Shown piece by piece: positions 39,190 to 54,269 of a DNA stretch of 64,000 bases (position 1 is its first letter; each line of letters starts with the position of its first letter). Made by a program: the position numbers and the translations under genes. Under the pieces are notes generated by a model. It saw only the letters and a program-made list of their open reading frames with translations. It ran no database searches and was not told the DNA's origin. The DNA comes from Mobula hypostoma (Eukaryota): NCBI RefSeq assembly GCF_963921235.1, contig NC_086097.1, forward strand, positions 51,958,001-52,022,000, read 5' to 3'.

Positions 39190-42100
39190 GTTACTCCCAT
39201 AGTAGTTTAGTGAGAATGTCTCCAGGGTCAGAGTTCTGTACTGTGTGTGGGATGAGGGAAGTCTGGGAGACCTCCAGTCTCGCAGATAAACACATCTGTA
39301 CCAGGTGCACCGAGCTGCACCTCCTGAGAGAATGTATTAAGGAACTGGAGCTGCAGCTTGATGACCCTTGGCTCATTTAAAGAATGAGGAAGTGATGGAC
39401 TGGAGCTGCAGGGTAGTAGTCACCCCTAGGTAGCAGGAGACAGGTAACTGGGTGACTGTCAGGAGAAGGAAGAGAAATGCACAGCCAGTGCAGAGTACAC
39501 TTGTAGCCGTTCTCAATAATAATTATACAATTTCGAATACGATTTAGGTGGGTGACCTACCGGGGGGAGCCACAGTGGCTGGGTCTATGGCACTGAGTCT
39601 GGTACTGTACCTCAGAAGAGCAGAGAAGCGGCGAGAACAGCAGTGTTGATCGGAGATTCTTTAGTTGTAGGAACAGAGACAAGTTTCTGTGGGTGCAATA
39701 GAGACACTCGAATGGCACGTTGCCTCCCAAGTGCCAGGGCCAGGGATGCTCAGATTGATCTATGGCATTCGAAAGGGCAAGGATGAGCAGCCAGATGTCG
39801 GTGCATATTGGCACCAATGACATATGTAGAAAAGGTGAGGAGGTCCTGAAGAGGGATTTTAGGGGGCTAGGTAGAAAACTGAGAAACAGGACCCCCAGGA
39901 TAGTAATCTCTGGATTGCTGCCTGTGCCACGTGTCAGTGAAGGATGATTTGGCAGGTGAACATGTGGCTGAGGAACTAATGCAGGGGGCAGGGGTTCAAA
40001 CTTATGGATCATTGGGATCTCTTCAGAGGAAGGTATGACTTGTACAGGGGGTTCAATATCCTTGGGGGCAGGTTGACTAGAGTTGTTCAGGTGGGTGTAA
40101 GCTAACTTGGCAGGGGATTGCAACTGGAGTGATAGTGCTGAAGTTGAGGTAGTTGGTTTACAAACAGAGGCAATGGGTAATGAGACTCCTTAGCGAGGAG
40201 AGGTTGAAGGTAGGGCAAAATTGCAGTCAACAGGATGAGTTGCAATGTAAAAAGTGGACAAAATCAAGAAGGGTGAATACCGGACCGAAGGTGTTATATT
40301 TGAATGCGCACGGGATACAGAATAAGGCAAATGGACTTGTACCTCAGTTACAGATTGGCATGTATGATGTTGTAAGCATAACTTAATCATGGCTGAATGA
40401 AGATTATAGCTGGGAGCTTAATGTCCAAGGGTGTACATTGTACTGAAAGGACAGGCAGGAAGGCAGAGGGTGTGGCATTGCTCTGATTGTAAAAAATGAA
40501 ATCAAATCATTAGAAAGAGGTGACATTGGCTTGGAAGGTGTTGAATCATTGTGGATAGGCCTAAAGAACTGCAAGGGTAAAAAGATCCTGATGGGAGTTA
40601 GATACAGACTCCCAAACAGTAGTAAGGATGTAGACTACAAGTTATAGCTGGAGATGGAAAATGCATGTTAAAAGGGTAATGTTACAACAGTCATGGGGGA
40701 TTTCAATATGCAGATAGATTGGGGAAATCAGGGTGGTGCTGGATTCCAGGAGGGGTAATTTCTAGAGTGCCTAGGAGATGACTTTTTGGAGCAGCTCGTG
40801 GCTGAGCCCATAGAGGATCAGCTATTCTGGATTGAGTGTTGTGCAATGAACCAGAATTGATTAGAGAGCATATGGTCAATGAACCCTTAGGTGCAGGTGT
40901 TCATAATATGATCAAATTTATCCTGAAATTTGAGAAGGAGAAGCTAAAGTCAGATGTAATAGTATTACAATGGAGTAAAAGTATTTTGCATCAGTATTCA
41001 CTGTGGAAGACACCAGCAGTATAGTGGAAGTTCCAGAGTGCCAGGGGTCAGGAGTGTGTGAAGTTGCCACTACTAGAGAGAAGATTCTTTGGAAACTGAA
41101 AGGTCTGAAGGTAGATAAGTCACCTGGACCAGATGTTGTGCACTCCAGGTTTCTGAAAGAGGTTGCTAAAGAGATTGTGGGGGCATTAGTAATGATCTTT
41201 CAAGAATCACTAGATTCTGGAATGGTTATAACCAAATAACAATTACAGCACGGAAACAGGCCATCTCGGCCCTTCTAGTCCATGCCGAACTCTTACTCTC
41301 ACCTAGTCCCACCGACCTGCACTCAACCCATAACCCTCCATTCCTTTCCTGTCCATAGAGCTGTCCAATTTAACTTTAAACGACAACATCAAACCTGCCT
41401 CAACCACTTCTGCTACCACTCTCTGAGTGAAGAAGTTCCCCCTCATGTTACCCCTAAACCTTTGCCCTTTAACTCTCAACTCATGTCCTCTTGTTTGAAT
41501 CTCCCCCACTCTCAATGGAAAAAGCCTATCCACGTCAACTATATCTATCCTCCTCATAATTTTAAATACCTCTATCAAGTCCCCCCTCAACCTTCTACGT
41601 TCCAAAGAATAAAGACCCAACTTGTTCAACCTTTCTCTATAACTTAGGTGATGAAACCCAGGTAACATTCTAGTAAATCTTCTCTGTACTCTCTCTATTT
41701 TGTTGACATCTTTCCTATAATTCGGTGACCAAAACTGTACACAATACTCCAAATTTGGTCTCACCAATGTCTTGTACAATTTCAACATTACATCCCAACT
41801 CCTAAACTCAATGCTCTGATTTATAATGGCCAGCATACCAAAAGCTTTCTTCACCACCCTACCCACATGAGATTCCACCTTAAGGGAACTATGCACCATC
41901 ATTCCTAGATCCCTCTGTTCTACTGCATTCTTCAATGCCCTACCATTTACCATGTATGTCCTATTTTGATTAGTCCTACCATAATGTAGCACCTCACATT
42001 TATCAGCATTAAACTCCATCTGCCATCTTTCAGCCTACTCTTCTAACTGGCCTAAATTTCTGCAAGCTTTGAAAACCTACTTCATTATCCACAACTCCAC

Positions 42101-43802
42101 CTATCTTAATATCATCTGCATACTTACTCATCCAATTTACCACCCCATCATCTAGATCATTAATATATATGACAAACAACATTGGACCCAGTACAGATCC
42201 CTGAGGCACACCACTAGTCACCGGCCTCCAATCTGACAAACAGTTATCCACCACTGCTCTGTGGTGTCTTCCATCCAGCCACTGCTGAATCCATTTTACT
42301 ACTTCAACATTAATACCTAACAATTGAACCTTCCTAACTAACCTTCCATGTGGAACCTTGTCAAAGGCTTACTGAAGTCTCCTGGGAGACTGGAAAATGT
42401 CATTCTACTCTTCAAGAAGGGAGAGAGGCAGAAGAAAGGAAATTTAAGGCCAGTTAGTCTGACCTCAGTGATTGGGAAGATGTTGGAGTCAATTGTTAAG
42501 GATATGGTTTTGGGGTACTTGGAGGCACATGATAAAATAGGCCAAAGTCAATATGGTTTCCTCAAGTGAAATTCTTGCCGGACAAATCTGTTGGAATACT
42601 TTGAAGAAATAACAAGCAGGATGGACAAAGGAGAATTGGTTGATGTTGTGTACTTGGATTTTGCCTTTGACAAAGTGTCACACATGAGGCTGCTTAACAA
42701 GCTAAGAACCCATGGTATTACAGGAAATATTCTAGCATGGATAAAGCAGTGGCTGATTGGCAGGAGGCAAAGAGGAACATGGGGAATCTTATTTGGTTGG
42801 CTGTTGGTTACTAGTGGTGTTCCATAGAACTCTGTGTTGAGACCAATTCTTTTTACATTATATGGCAATGATTTGGATGATGGAATTGATAGGTTTGTTG
42901 CAAAGTTTGCAGATGATCAAAAATAGGTGGAGGGACTGGTAGTTTTGAGGAAGTAGAGTCTACAGAAGGACATAGATAGATTAGGAGAATGGACAAAGAA
43001 GTGCCAGATGTAATACAGTGGCAGAAGGAATACTGTGTAAGGAAGTGAAGGGTTTGACTATTTTCTAAATGGAGAGAAAATACAAACATCTGAGGTGCAA
43101 AGGGACTTGGGAGTCCTTATGCGGAATTTCCTAAGGTTAATTTGCAGGTTAAGACTGTGGTGACAAAGGCAAATGCGATGTTAGCGCTTGTTTCAAGTGG
43201 ATTAGAATATAAAAGCAAGGATGTAATGTTGACATTTTATAAAGCACTGGTGACGCCTCACTTGAAGTATTGTGAGCAGTTTTGAGCCCCTCATTTTAGA
43301 AAGGATGTGCTGAAACTGGAGAGGGTTCAAAGGAGGTTCACGAAAATGATTCCAGGATTCAACGGCTTGTCATATGAAGAGCATTTGATGGCTCTGAACC
43401 TGTATTCACTAGAATTCAGAAGAATGAGGTGTGACCTCATTGAAACCTATCGTATAGTGTAAGGCCTTGATAGACTTGATGTGGAGACAATGTTTCCTAT
43501 GAGTCTAAGACCAGAGGACTCAGCCTCAGAATAGAGGGGGGTCCTTTTAGAACTGAAATGAGGAGGAATTTCTTTAGACAGAGAGTGGTAAATCTGTAGA
43601 ATTCTTTGCCATAGACTGCTGTGGAGGCCAAGTCTTCATGTATATTTAAGGCAGAGTTTGATAGATGCTCGATCAGGGCATGATGGGGTACAGAGAGAAG
43701 GCAGTAGATTGGGGCTAGGAGGAAAAATGGATCAGAAATGGCAGAGCAGATTCGATGGGCCAAAATGGCCTAATTCTGCTCCTATGTCTTATGGTCTTAT
43801 GT
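39190..43802 (+). mobile_element. Near full-length but heavily mutated CR1 LINE (ORF1 zinc finger and esterase, EN, RT, tail)
   Basis: CTVCGMREVWET...HICTRC; VHIGTNDI...IVISGLLPVPR; KVLYLNAHGIQNK; KSPGPD; RPVSLTSV; VDVVYLDF; tail (TCTTATGG)n. Confidence 0.88.
41228..42378 (-). mobile_element. Younger CR1 LINE nested in opposite orientation
   Basis: ORFs 42030-42323 (VPQGSVLGP...KYADD) and 41303-42019. The host CR1 rejoins as gattctggaatggtt|tcctgggagactgg. Confidence 0.9.
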
Positions 43803-44817
43803 TCTAATCATGTGCTGTACTCGATCTTCATACTGACTTTCTGCCAGCTACCTTTGCTCATGCTGGTAATTGTTCTGGTCCTTTTGGCAATGTATGAATT
43901 GTCAGCAGTGCTGTGCCTTAGATAGCATAAGAATTGGATCTGGACCCCCTAAAGGTTTCATTTACAGCACATTACAAAGCAATTATTTTTCATTCCCCTG
44001 AAGATTTGCTCCAGACTATTAAGGCATTCAGACCCCTACCTTTAGATATTTACTGCCTTCAGTGATATTTTAAATATGATTAATGCACAATTAGGAAAAT
44101 TTGAAATAACACAAAGTTATTGTAACAAATGCAAAAACCTGTGGGGAAATAAAATAGGTCAGGGTAGAGTTGGTGTAAGAGGCATTTGATGGTCTGCATA
44201 GACTCAATAGCCCATTGCATGGGCTTAAGTATTGTTATACCTCTCTGTCACTTTAACCATACTTAAAACAAGATGTTTTCACTTCTGAATCAATTGAAAA
44301 CTAATTCATCAAATTAATTAAGATAACCAGCTAGAGCAGAACCTATCTCTTTAATGAGAGAAGTTGCAAATGATCTGAAACAACTGGCTATTCTTAGTAA
44401 AGAACTGGGAAATGGTTCTTTTGTTTTGAGGGTTATTAACAAGTAATGAGGTTTCAACAAGAGTAGCATCCACTCATTTATTCCAATTGCAGCATTTTTT
44501 TTACAATAAGAACCCATATTATTTCTCAGGATTAGAAATACTCCATTGGCATAATGCTGCTGGCTTGTATATTAATTGCACTGCCAATATTAAAATGCAG
44601 CCTGAATCTCGCAGGAGAATGGCTCTGTTAGTGGAACTGAGTGAGTCATTTATTATCTTTTATTCATAAGATTCTCAGTGTAGCCCTGCTGCTAAATGTA
44701 AGTCTTCTGTTGGAATGATGCTGCTGGGGCAGAATAGATTTGAGTAATGATTGGAACAGAGTCAGTCCTTTGATGTCCACTTGCACCCCACCTCAAAAGC
44801 ATCTCTCCCCAGCCACA

Positions 44818-45375
44818 TGGTCATAAGATCATAAGGCATACTGTCAGAGCAGAATTAGGCCATTTGGCCCTTTTACCCTGTTTCTCCCATTTGATTATGG
44901 CTGATTGATTTATTTTCCCTCTCAAACCCATCTCCTTCCTTCTCCCTGTAATCTTTGACACCTTACTATGTCAACCTCCATGTTAAATACGCTCAATAAC
45001 ATGGCCTCTGGAGCCATCTGCGGCAGTGAATTCTACGGATTTTCTACTCTTTGGTTAAAGAAATTCCTCCTCATCTCTGTTCTAAAGGGGAAGTCCTTGT
45101 ATTCTGAGGTTGTGGCTTCTGGTCCTAGACTCACCCACTATTGGAACCATTCTCTCCACATCCACTCCTTTAGGCCTTTCAAAATTTGGTAGGTTTCAAT
45201 GAGATTCCGCCCCCTGCACCCCCACTGGATTTTTTCTTAACTCCAATGAGTACAAGTCCAGATCCAGCACTCCTCATAGGTTAACTCTTTCATTCCTGGG
45301 ATCAGTTTCATAAACTTCCTTTGGATCCTCTCCAAAGCCAGTACATCCTTCCTTTGATATGGGGCCCAAAACTGC
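44818..45375 (-). mobile_element. CR1 LINE 3' fragment
   Basis: Reverse complement of the CR1 3' ends at 26560-27100 and 43270-43800. Confidence 0.8.
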
Positions 45376-47074
45376 CAGTAAGTGGAACAGTATTTCTGTA
45401 AAACTCTCATAGGAATTGTGGGCAGTGGCGGACTCTACAGTATGGAAGGCAACACAAACTACAGCTAACATTCTGTAAGATGCTGATGGATGTGAAGGAG
45501 TAAGGACAAGTAGTTTTATGTAGCACTCCCAATTAACCTCAAGCAAACCAATTGACACTCATTTAACCTCCTTGAGGTTTTGCATCATGGTTTGATAATA
45601 GGCCATCATTAGTTCTTCAAGACCTTGGCCTTCTAATCCCTTCCTCAACAAATCAATCTTTATTCTTCAGTATTCCAAACACACTCCTAAAATCCCAGGC
45701 ACAAATTTCTCTTGAACAAGTGCATATGTACCCTCTAGCAGTTTCTCTGAGGGCCACCGCTTATTAATGCCACACCTTACAATTTTATTCCAATCTATGT
45801 CTATAATATTCTTTTGTGTGTGAACCCAGACCTTGTCATTGGCAATGATTTTTTTCTGGATAATTGTTCCAATACAGCGGTTTTCATTAATCTCAGGCTT
45901 GGAGCTGATGCTTTTACCGAAGGCTTGCTAGCGGATTATACTCTCGAACATTTGCTCTGCACGAGTTGTCAATACTCATACCAGTGTCTCAGGCTGGTTT
46001 GAAATTTCTCTCCTCATATGTTCTCATTCCATTCCCAGGGAGAAGGAATAATCCATGTCTGCATTATATGATTGAGCTTTGCCAACTTGTTGCATATTCT
46101 GAAACAGGATTCAGGTCCAGGTGTACTGTCAGCCAAAAGGTGCCCAATGACTGATTTGGAGCTCTTGAAATTCCTTCCAGCTGAGAGAAAAGGCACCATG
46201 GCTGCAGTCCGGGTGCAAAGACTTCTCTAGTTTTTCAGCTCCATTCTAGCCCTGTCTTGACCTCTTCAAATCCTGGACGAATGCCCCTGCAGGGATCATC
46301 GCCCTCTCATTACCTCTCCCACTCTCTATTAGTCAGACTTCTTTCCTTCTGACACTATCTGAGGATTCAACCCTTTGCTCCTCCCTTGCTAACCTATGCC
46401 ACCCCTATCACAACAACATTCGCTGATTACCTCAACACAGCAAACTCAACTGTCGCATCATCTGTTATCAACAACATTCCAATCCTGTTCAAAGGGTTCG
46501 GCTCACTAACTTGCTGTCCTCCCCCAACCCCCAACCTCTCATCTCTTTTTCTGACCTGCAGTTTCTCCAGTGAATGACTGCTGAGCAAACATTGTTTACC
46601 ACAGTAGTTATTAGCCAGCAATCTGATTCGCAGTTGTAGTCTTGCCTTTCACAAAATTGTGCCTTCCCGGATAATCAGTGGTTAATGAGTTATTTTGATG
46701 CTTCACAATGGTTTGGGCGCTGTGGTTGCATTTAACATTAGGACTTTTTTTTTGCTGGACTATAACATTTATATATGTCTTTAAGGAGCCTTCTTTGGTA
46801 TCAGAAATGCATCATTATTCTCTTGTGCTGAGATCAAGCTTTGCAAAGGGGCTGAATTATATAAGTGACTCACATTAAGAGGCATACTTGTTCTTTTCCC
46901 AGGCAAAATGTACATAAGCCAAAAGTGAAGTTTAGACTTGCCTTACTTAGTTCATCTATGATTGTTCAAATAAGCATTCTTGCAGTAATGTCTTTTCAGG
47001 TCATTGAATCCAATAATAATAAATAAAACTTTCAAAGCTATTGCTTAAGTGTTATTTAATGTTATTGATATTAA

Positions 47075-47200
47075 AATCAGATGAAAACATGCTGGAACTC
47101 TAAAACAAAGATAGAAACTGCTCGAAATACTCAGAAGATCAGGCTGCATCTGCAGGAAGGGAAATCAAGTCTCATGTTGAAGACCCATCCTCAGAAGTAG
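47075..47200 (-). repeat. Degenerate Penelope-derived terminal repeat
   Basis: tgctggaactct...tgctcgaaatactcagaagatcaggctgcatctg resembles the left arm at 22915-22990. Confidence 0.45.
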
Positions 47201-47324
47201 GAATGAACTGCAGGAGAGTGAGGGATGGTTGATGTCAGCAAGATATGCCAGCATGTCAGGATGGACATGCCCTTCACTTCCAGAGATGGAAAGCAAAAAA
47301 AAAGGGAGGAAAACAGCCATTATT

Positions 47325-47565
47325 CCTGCCTCTGTCTGTAAGGAGTTTGTACGTTCTCCCCATGACTGCCTGGGTTTCCTCGGGGTATTCTGATTTCCTC
47401 CTACAGTCCAAAGTTGGTAGGTTAATTGGTCAATGTAAATTGTCCCGTGAATAGGCTTGAGTTAAATTTGGGGGTGGGGGTTGTTGGGCAGCATGATTTG
47501 AAGGACCAGAAGGGCCTATTCTGCACTGTATCTCAATAAATACAAAAAAAACAATAAATAAATAA
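47325..47565 (+). mobile_element. V-SINE-like element (HE1-type), 5'-degraded
   Basis: ggagtttgtacgttctccccatgactgcctgggtttcctcggggtattctgatttcctcctacagtccaaag (V domain), followed by a CR1-like tail gaagggcctattctgcactgtatctc and an A-rich end. Confidence 0.7.
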
Positions 47566-49324
47566 GTTATAGTGAACTGGTCATCTATTGAACTTCAAAG
47601 TAATGTTTGCTATATTTGTATTCTTTGGATATTAATATTGCCTAGACGTGAAAGTAATGAAAATACAAACCTGATGGATCACTGCCAGTCTGATAAACTA
47701 TACTTTCTACAATGCAACAAGACACCTTTCTAATTATTACCACTGAATGTTAGCCAATATTGTTACAATACTTGTCACATTGAATTATTCCTAGCTACTG
47801 TGCTCATGATGTAATAATCTTCAGGATGTCAAGGTTGGAGAACATGGCCTACATAAGTAGTACCGTTTTGTTCCATGATGCATGTCTGAAAATCATTCGT
47901 TTGTGGAACAGAACACAATTACTGCCATGTCAGGCTGTTTCCTTCATTTGAAGGAAAATAATGAGCAAATATCTGGGCTTTGTTCTTGATGTAGCATTCT
48001 CTCTGGACTCATTGGAAATATTTCTTCTTGACTCTGTTCTGTCATACTCTGTCAATCCTTCTTGAAAAACTGTAGCACAGGAGTATGTTCCAACTCATTG
48101 ACCATTGAGCCCTGTCATCTCTGTGACCCTCACACCGACTCTTATGACATTGCTTTGGAACTGTTTGTTTCCAGTATCTTTCTGACATCTGAATTTCTCA
48201 GCTCCAATACACATGGAGGTCCCCATGTTATGATGTTTGTCAGCTACCTCTTACCACTTTCACTTCCAGGTTCACCCGAACTAGAACATGGAACTCAGTT
48301 TTTCTGTAGCGTGTTTGTTGGTAACGTATGACTGTGTGCTTTATGTCCATCTGTTTTGAATTTCTGTTCACCAGTATCAGTGAACAGACCACTCTGTTGC
48401 TGCAGTGGTATCTGTGGATATGCAGAGATGTCACCTTCGTCACCTGCCCATTGATAGTAGTGCTGTCACTTGCTGCCTTCTGCAGGATTGGCAGCCAGTG
48501 CACTTGCTAGCCACCTCTTCCAGATCCTTGACTATTCCAGACCAATAGACAAAGCCATCAATTACTGTTCTCATATTAATAATGCCTAAATGCTTTCAGA
48601 GAATCTTTTCAATTATTCTACTTCATAGATATTTATATACAAACAACTCCGTGACCTTGATATCTGGGCACCTTGTATTTTCTATTTTTATGGATCCAGA
48701 TCAGTCCATCTGCATTAATAGTAGATCCTTCTGTGCTGTTTCAGTTACCTCCATTTCATCTACAGGAAAATCATCTTCTTCTACAGTAGGGTGAGTACAG
48801 CAGCTGCTCTATCTTCAGCATCCTTGTAAGGCAGCCTTGATAGTGCAATCTTTCCTAACAGAGTTATTCTGCTTGTGTAGCGAGCTCTCTTGATTGGCAG
48901 CTCTAATCTTTGATCATTATGAGAAACTACATGTTTTACCTGCCCTAGGGTTTTTGGCGCGACAGATGCAGTGTGCTATTTGCTAATGGGACTGTGCTGA
49001 ACTTCCTGTTGTTTCCCATAATCGGGCTTGTGAAACATGACTGGTCCCTCACAAAGCCATGCTGACTATCCCTAATAGGACTATGCATCTAATAATGTTT
49101 ATCATGACATTCTGATTGTTAAGCTTTAGGCTTATTTTGAAATTACTGTATTTTCTATTATTACCTTCAAGTATACCTTCAGAATGTATATTCACTCTTC
49201 AAGCTGCTTATCATTATTGTACATGTCTCTGTTATCAGCACTTCCTTTATCACAAGAACTTCCTTGGGTAACATTATTCCAGCACGCAGTCATGGCCGAA
49301 CCTTCTTATGCCTTTTTGTTTTGC

Positions 49325-50690
49325 TCTTGGAAGATGGCAAATGCACCATCGTTCAAAAAAGGTAGTAGGGATAATCCTGGGAAGTATAGACCAGTGTGTT
49401 TTACCTCAGTGGTGGGCAAACTAAAGGAGAGGATTAATGAGCATTTGGAGAAGTGTAGTCTTATTAGGGATAGTCAGCATGGATTTGTGGAGGGCAGGCA
49501 GTGCTTCAGAAGCCTAACTGAGTTTTTCACGGAGATGACAAAACAAGCCGATGAAGTAGAGTCATGGGTATGGTGTATATGAATTGTAGTAAGGCATTGG
49601 ATAAGATTCCTGTGGAAGGCTCATCCCAAAATGTCATAGGGCATGTGACTTTGTGAACTTGGCGTAATATTTTGCCCACAGAAGGCAGAGGCTGCCAGTA
49701 GATAGAACATGTTCTGCCTGAAGGTCTGTGACTAGTGGTATTCCCCAATGATCTGTTCTGGGGCCCCTGCTCCTTGTGATTTTTATAAATGACTTGGATG
49801 AGGAAGTGGGTTAGTAAGTTTGCAGATGACATGAATGTTGGTGATGATGTGACTAATGTGAAAGGTTATTTGTAGATTACTATGGGATACTAATAGGATG
49901 CAGTTGGGCGGAGAAATGGCAAATGGAGTTCAATACAGAAAAGTCTGATATATACAAACGTACATCTTGGAAGATCAAATTTGATGGGGGGGGGGGTACA
50001 AGGTGAATGGCACGTTCCTAGCAGTGTGGAGGAAGAAAGGAATCTTGAGGTCCACACCCGTAGATGCCCCAAAGTTGCTGCAAACATTGATAGGGGATTG
50101 AGTTCAAGAGCTGTGTAGTATTGTTGCAGCTCTACAAAACTCTAATTAGATCACGCTTGGAGTATTGTGTTCAGTTCTGGTCACCTCATTATAGGAAGGA
50201 TGGGGGAGCTTTAGAGAGGGTTCACAGGAGATTTACCAGGATGTTGCCTAGATTAGAAAGCATGTCTTATAAGGAAAGGTTGTGCAAGCTAGGGCTTTCC
50301 CTTTGAAGTGAAGGAGGATGAGAGGGATCTGGATAGGTTATTTATCGTTATGAGAGGCAGAGATAGAGTGGACAGCTAATGCCTTTTTTTCCCAGGATGG
50401 CAATGTCCAATACCAGAGAACATCTGTTTAGGTTGAGTGGAGGAAAGTTTAAGGGAGTGTCAGAGTAGTCCTTTTGCACAGGGACTGGTAGGTGCCTGCA
50501 ATGCACTGCCAGGGATGGTGGTATAGGCGGATATTGTAGGGATATTTAAGAGACTCTTAGATAGGCACATAGATGAAAGAAAAATGGAGGGTTAAAGGCT
50601 GTGTAGGAGGGAAGGGTTAGATTGATTATGGAGTAGGTTTATATAGGTCAGCACATTAAGAGCTGTACTGTGCTGTACTGTTCTACGTTC
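49325..50690 (+). mobile_element. Degraded CR1 LINE, RT through 3' end
   Basis: FKKGSRDNPGKYRPVCFTSVVGK; KFADD; RSRLEYCVQFWSPHYRKD. Confidence 0.85.
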
Positions 50691-50902
50691 AATGTTATGT
50701 CCCAGCACATCAGTGCTCTAAACTGATGAGCTTGTAATGGATGGGCTCCAATATGTTGATGCCTTTCCTACTGGTGTTAACTTTCACGCAAAACTCATGT
50801 GATTTATGTTTAAGATTGGCACTCCTGCACAATGATACACATTTGATCAAGTACATCTTGCAGTAATATAACACCTACTGTATTTACATACAGTATATTA
50901 AA

Positions 50903-51652
50903 GTGAAGTAAATTTACAGAAACTAGTATCTACCATCAACACAGAGAACAAAAGACTTGGTCTAACCTTAAACAAAAAGGAAACTGAAGTAATGGTAATA
51001 TCAAAGAAACCTGATATTGCGAACTGTAGGATGGTATTGGGAAATGAAATCCTGAAACAAGTTCACAACTTCAAGTACCTTGGATCATGTGTAACATCTG
51101 ATGGCAAATGCGAAACAGACATAAAAGCAGGAATAGCAATAGCAAGCACAACATTTACAGAAATGAGAAACATTCTAATGAACAAGAAAATAGCAATTGA
51201 CATCTGCCTTCGAACTCTCAGCTGCTACATTCTTCCTATATTGATGTATGGCTGCGAGTCATGGACCATCACAAATGCAGTGGAAAAAAGAATCAATGCA
51301 GCAGAGATGTGGTTCCTCAGAAGAATGCTATGCATATCATATACGGACAGGATAACCAACGAAGAAGTTCTACAGAGAACGAAAACAAAACGTACGTTAC
51401 TTAAAAAAATCAGAAAACAGCAATCAAAATTCTTTGGACACATCGTGCGAAGAGAGACATTAGAACATTTAGTTACAACTGGAAAGCTGGAAGGAAAATG
51501 AAGCAGAGGCAGAAAGAGAATGAAAATGATAGATGGAATAACATCACGGTTAGAAACAGGGGAGGCAACAACGACAATTCGGAGGGTCAGGGACCGTGAT
51601 GGATGGAGAGACATGATCGCCCATGCCGAGCGGCAAGGCACCAGAATGAATG
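50903..51652 (+). mobile_element. 5'-truncated RTE-clade LINE with an 8-bp target-site duplication
   Basis: ORF 50992-51501 (FKYLGS...ILMYGCESWT...AAEMWFLRRML...ITNEEVL); tail (GAAT)n; ATATTAAA at 50895-50902 and 51653-51660. Confidence 0.88.
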
Positions 51653-51693
51653 ATATTAAACTCTTCAGTCATCCACATGATATTTTGCTGTCT

Positions 51694-52435
51694 ATCCTGC
51701 AAGGGTTGATGAAGGTGATCATGTAATATTCCTTTTTGAACAGGAATGTCAGGGGAAATGCCATTTGATTTTCCTGGGAGGTACCATTGTTGAGATGTTC
51801 TGGAATAACAAGGTTATAGTTCAGTACTGAATCCCATTCCTACATGTAATCCTCTCCATCAGTCCCCACAGCACTGAATCTCTGCTCAAACCCCTGATCT
51901 CCCCATTAACTCAGTAGACCATGGGCTTTGTGATGGGTTTGATGTCTTGTTCTCCAAGGAGTTTTTCATTTCAAAGAGCCAAAGGCTGTGCTAATGCACT
52001 GAAAACAACAGTGAAATTCATCACTAAATGTTGGCTTCATTGGGAGGTGGCTCCTGAAGTACATGAAGTCTATGTTTTCCAGATCTCACTGTATAAGTTT
52101 GTTGTCAAAGGGCAGTGTGATACCATGTTGAGTTAGTGAAGGATCTTTGCTTTACAGAAGTTACATGTGAGCCATATTCTTTCCACAGCCTCTCATATTC
52201 TTCAGTGAATAAATGAATGATGCCTTGGAACTTGGCTTCTAAACTTGTCCCTATGTAAATGAGGTCTGTACACTGCAGTTCAGTGACTGAAAATGAATAC
52301 TTTTCCTGTTTGCTCTGTGGAAAAAAATGATGGTAGATGAAGCTTCCTGCATTTATACACTGCATAAACCTGGTTCCTGGTTTAGAACTTAGGACCATGG
52401 ACTGGTAATGGATATTGTGACAGTGCTTTCTGAAA
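51694..52435 (-). repeat. Long inverted repeat, left copy (partner 59350-60137); includes a decayed RTE-like segment
   Basis: Colinear reverse-complement similarity; the two ORF translations share ELQCTDLIY..TSLE.KFQGI..LFTEEYERLWK...SHVTSV.QRSFT. Confidence 0.9.
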
Positions 52436-54269
52436 TATCAAACAGTGGAATTACTGCTCGAGTGGATGGAATCCAGTATGTAAGAGGATGTAAACTGTTG
52501 TTCTATGAGCAATTTATGGCTATATTATAATATTCCTTTTGATTATATTAACATTGAAAAGGGTGGTTTTTGCCCTGGCTGGTACTCCCCATTCACCCCA
52601 CTGCATGATCTTTACAGTAACACTTTACAGCCTCCTGGGTCTAATTGAGCTCAAGACCTGGTTGTCATGGCATCTGTGCTGCACTGTGACGTTGGCCCAC
52701 TGATAGTGATATCAAAGGCCTATCTAACTGTTTCTAAATGCCTATGCTGGGCAAAGACATTTAAAAGCTGCTAAGGCAGATGTACTTTTTAAACCTTTGC
52801 AAGATCAAAAGAAACTTTTTAGATAAAGGATTAGAAATTAATTTAATTGAAGTAAGACTTAAAAGATGAGTTTGATTAAGATAAGTAGAACAACGAAAAG
52901 CAAAATCCCCTGCTTTTAATATCGAGGTTAGCAAGCTCATACAAATGAAAAGTGTTGCAACAATGCATTAGCGGAACAAGGCTGAGTTGCCGGTGGTGAA
53001 ATGTATTTATCTCCTTGACATGACATTTATGCCCTGTCACTGGTCTCGGTGCTGATGCGGTTTCAGAGAGACAGGTCAGACATTCAGACTCCGAGCCTTG
53101 CATGTATTGTCTTAGCAAACCAAGGGTTAGGGAGATGGGTTAGGGTGAGCCGCACAGGTGATTCCCTTCTGCACCGTTGAGAAAAGACAGGCACATTTTG
53201 GTTCAGTGTCTCCCCTTGATATGAGCAGTAGATCAGTAATTCCAGTGTCAGGGTGCAATTCTATCTTTATATAATCTTTTATCGCAGATATAAAGGAATG
53301 TGGAAGTAATTTTCAGCAAGATGACCATCTGATTTCAAGATTGTTACTGGAAGCTGTAAGTGCCAAGTAACAAATTGGTGGGCAGGCATTTTATTTACCC
53401 AGAGAAAACCTGTAAAATTTAGCATTGTTACTGATTAAACCTACATTCCAGCAACATATACTTTTATACAAATGACTACCAACTTTGGTATAGTGGACCT
53501 GATGTGGCTAGTGACAAATTCTTTTCGTAAGATTTGACTCTAAATGAAATAAAACCCATCCGAATATTCTGATGGCTGGATAATGTTAGCTGTGTAACAT
53601 TCCCTCTGTTCTCTGGCCAGTTTTTTTTAACAAAGCCATTGAAAACACATGGGCTGTTCTCTTAGCACTTCATAGTTCTCCTGCAACTTCTAAAGGCTGC
53701 AGAGCTCATGCCTGGGTGGGCTGTGAATTTTACACTTGGGGCCCATTACAAGCAACCCAGCAGCTGAAAGGGCCCCACCAATTTTAATATCAGAACACTG
53801 TTGTAAGGAAGGACGGGAGTTCACTGTTCCCTTCTGGCTCAGCTTGTTATGTGGAAGGTGTTGATGAATGAGTATCTCTGTAGGTGGAAGTTGCAACCAA
53901 CAAAATTTAAGTTTTACTGTGAATTTGCCCCAGCTGAGTAGGTTCAAGAACTATCGGTCAAACATTTTTAATTGCACCCTCCTGAACTGGGGGTGGGGGG
54001 TGGCAGCTTAAGTTCCACCCTATGGAGTGTGAGGGAAGACTGCTCTGTTGGAGGTACTGGTTTTTGGGGGAGACTTTGGGTTGGGTTGTGCTGGATCCAG
54101 CCTGATGTCTGGACATACAACTCACATTGCCAAGTGCTTGCTCGTACAGATCTCAGCTCCAAGTGCAGAATATGAACAAGCTGACCTAACCCAGTCAGTG
54201 GGGCACTGCAGGCTTCCAGAGGCAAGTGCAACCCTGGGCATTGCACTGAGCTGTGAGCAGACAACGGTC

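Noticed and set aside
46250..46580. Possible Penelope N-terminal remnant; also a possible old CR1 endonuclease remnant at ~48100-48850
   Set aside because: Too degraded to assign without an alignment.
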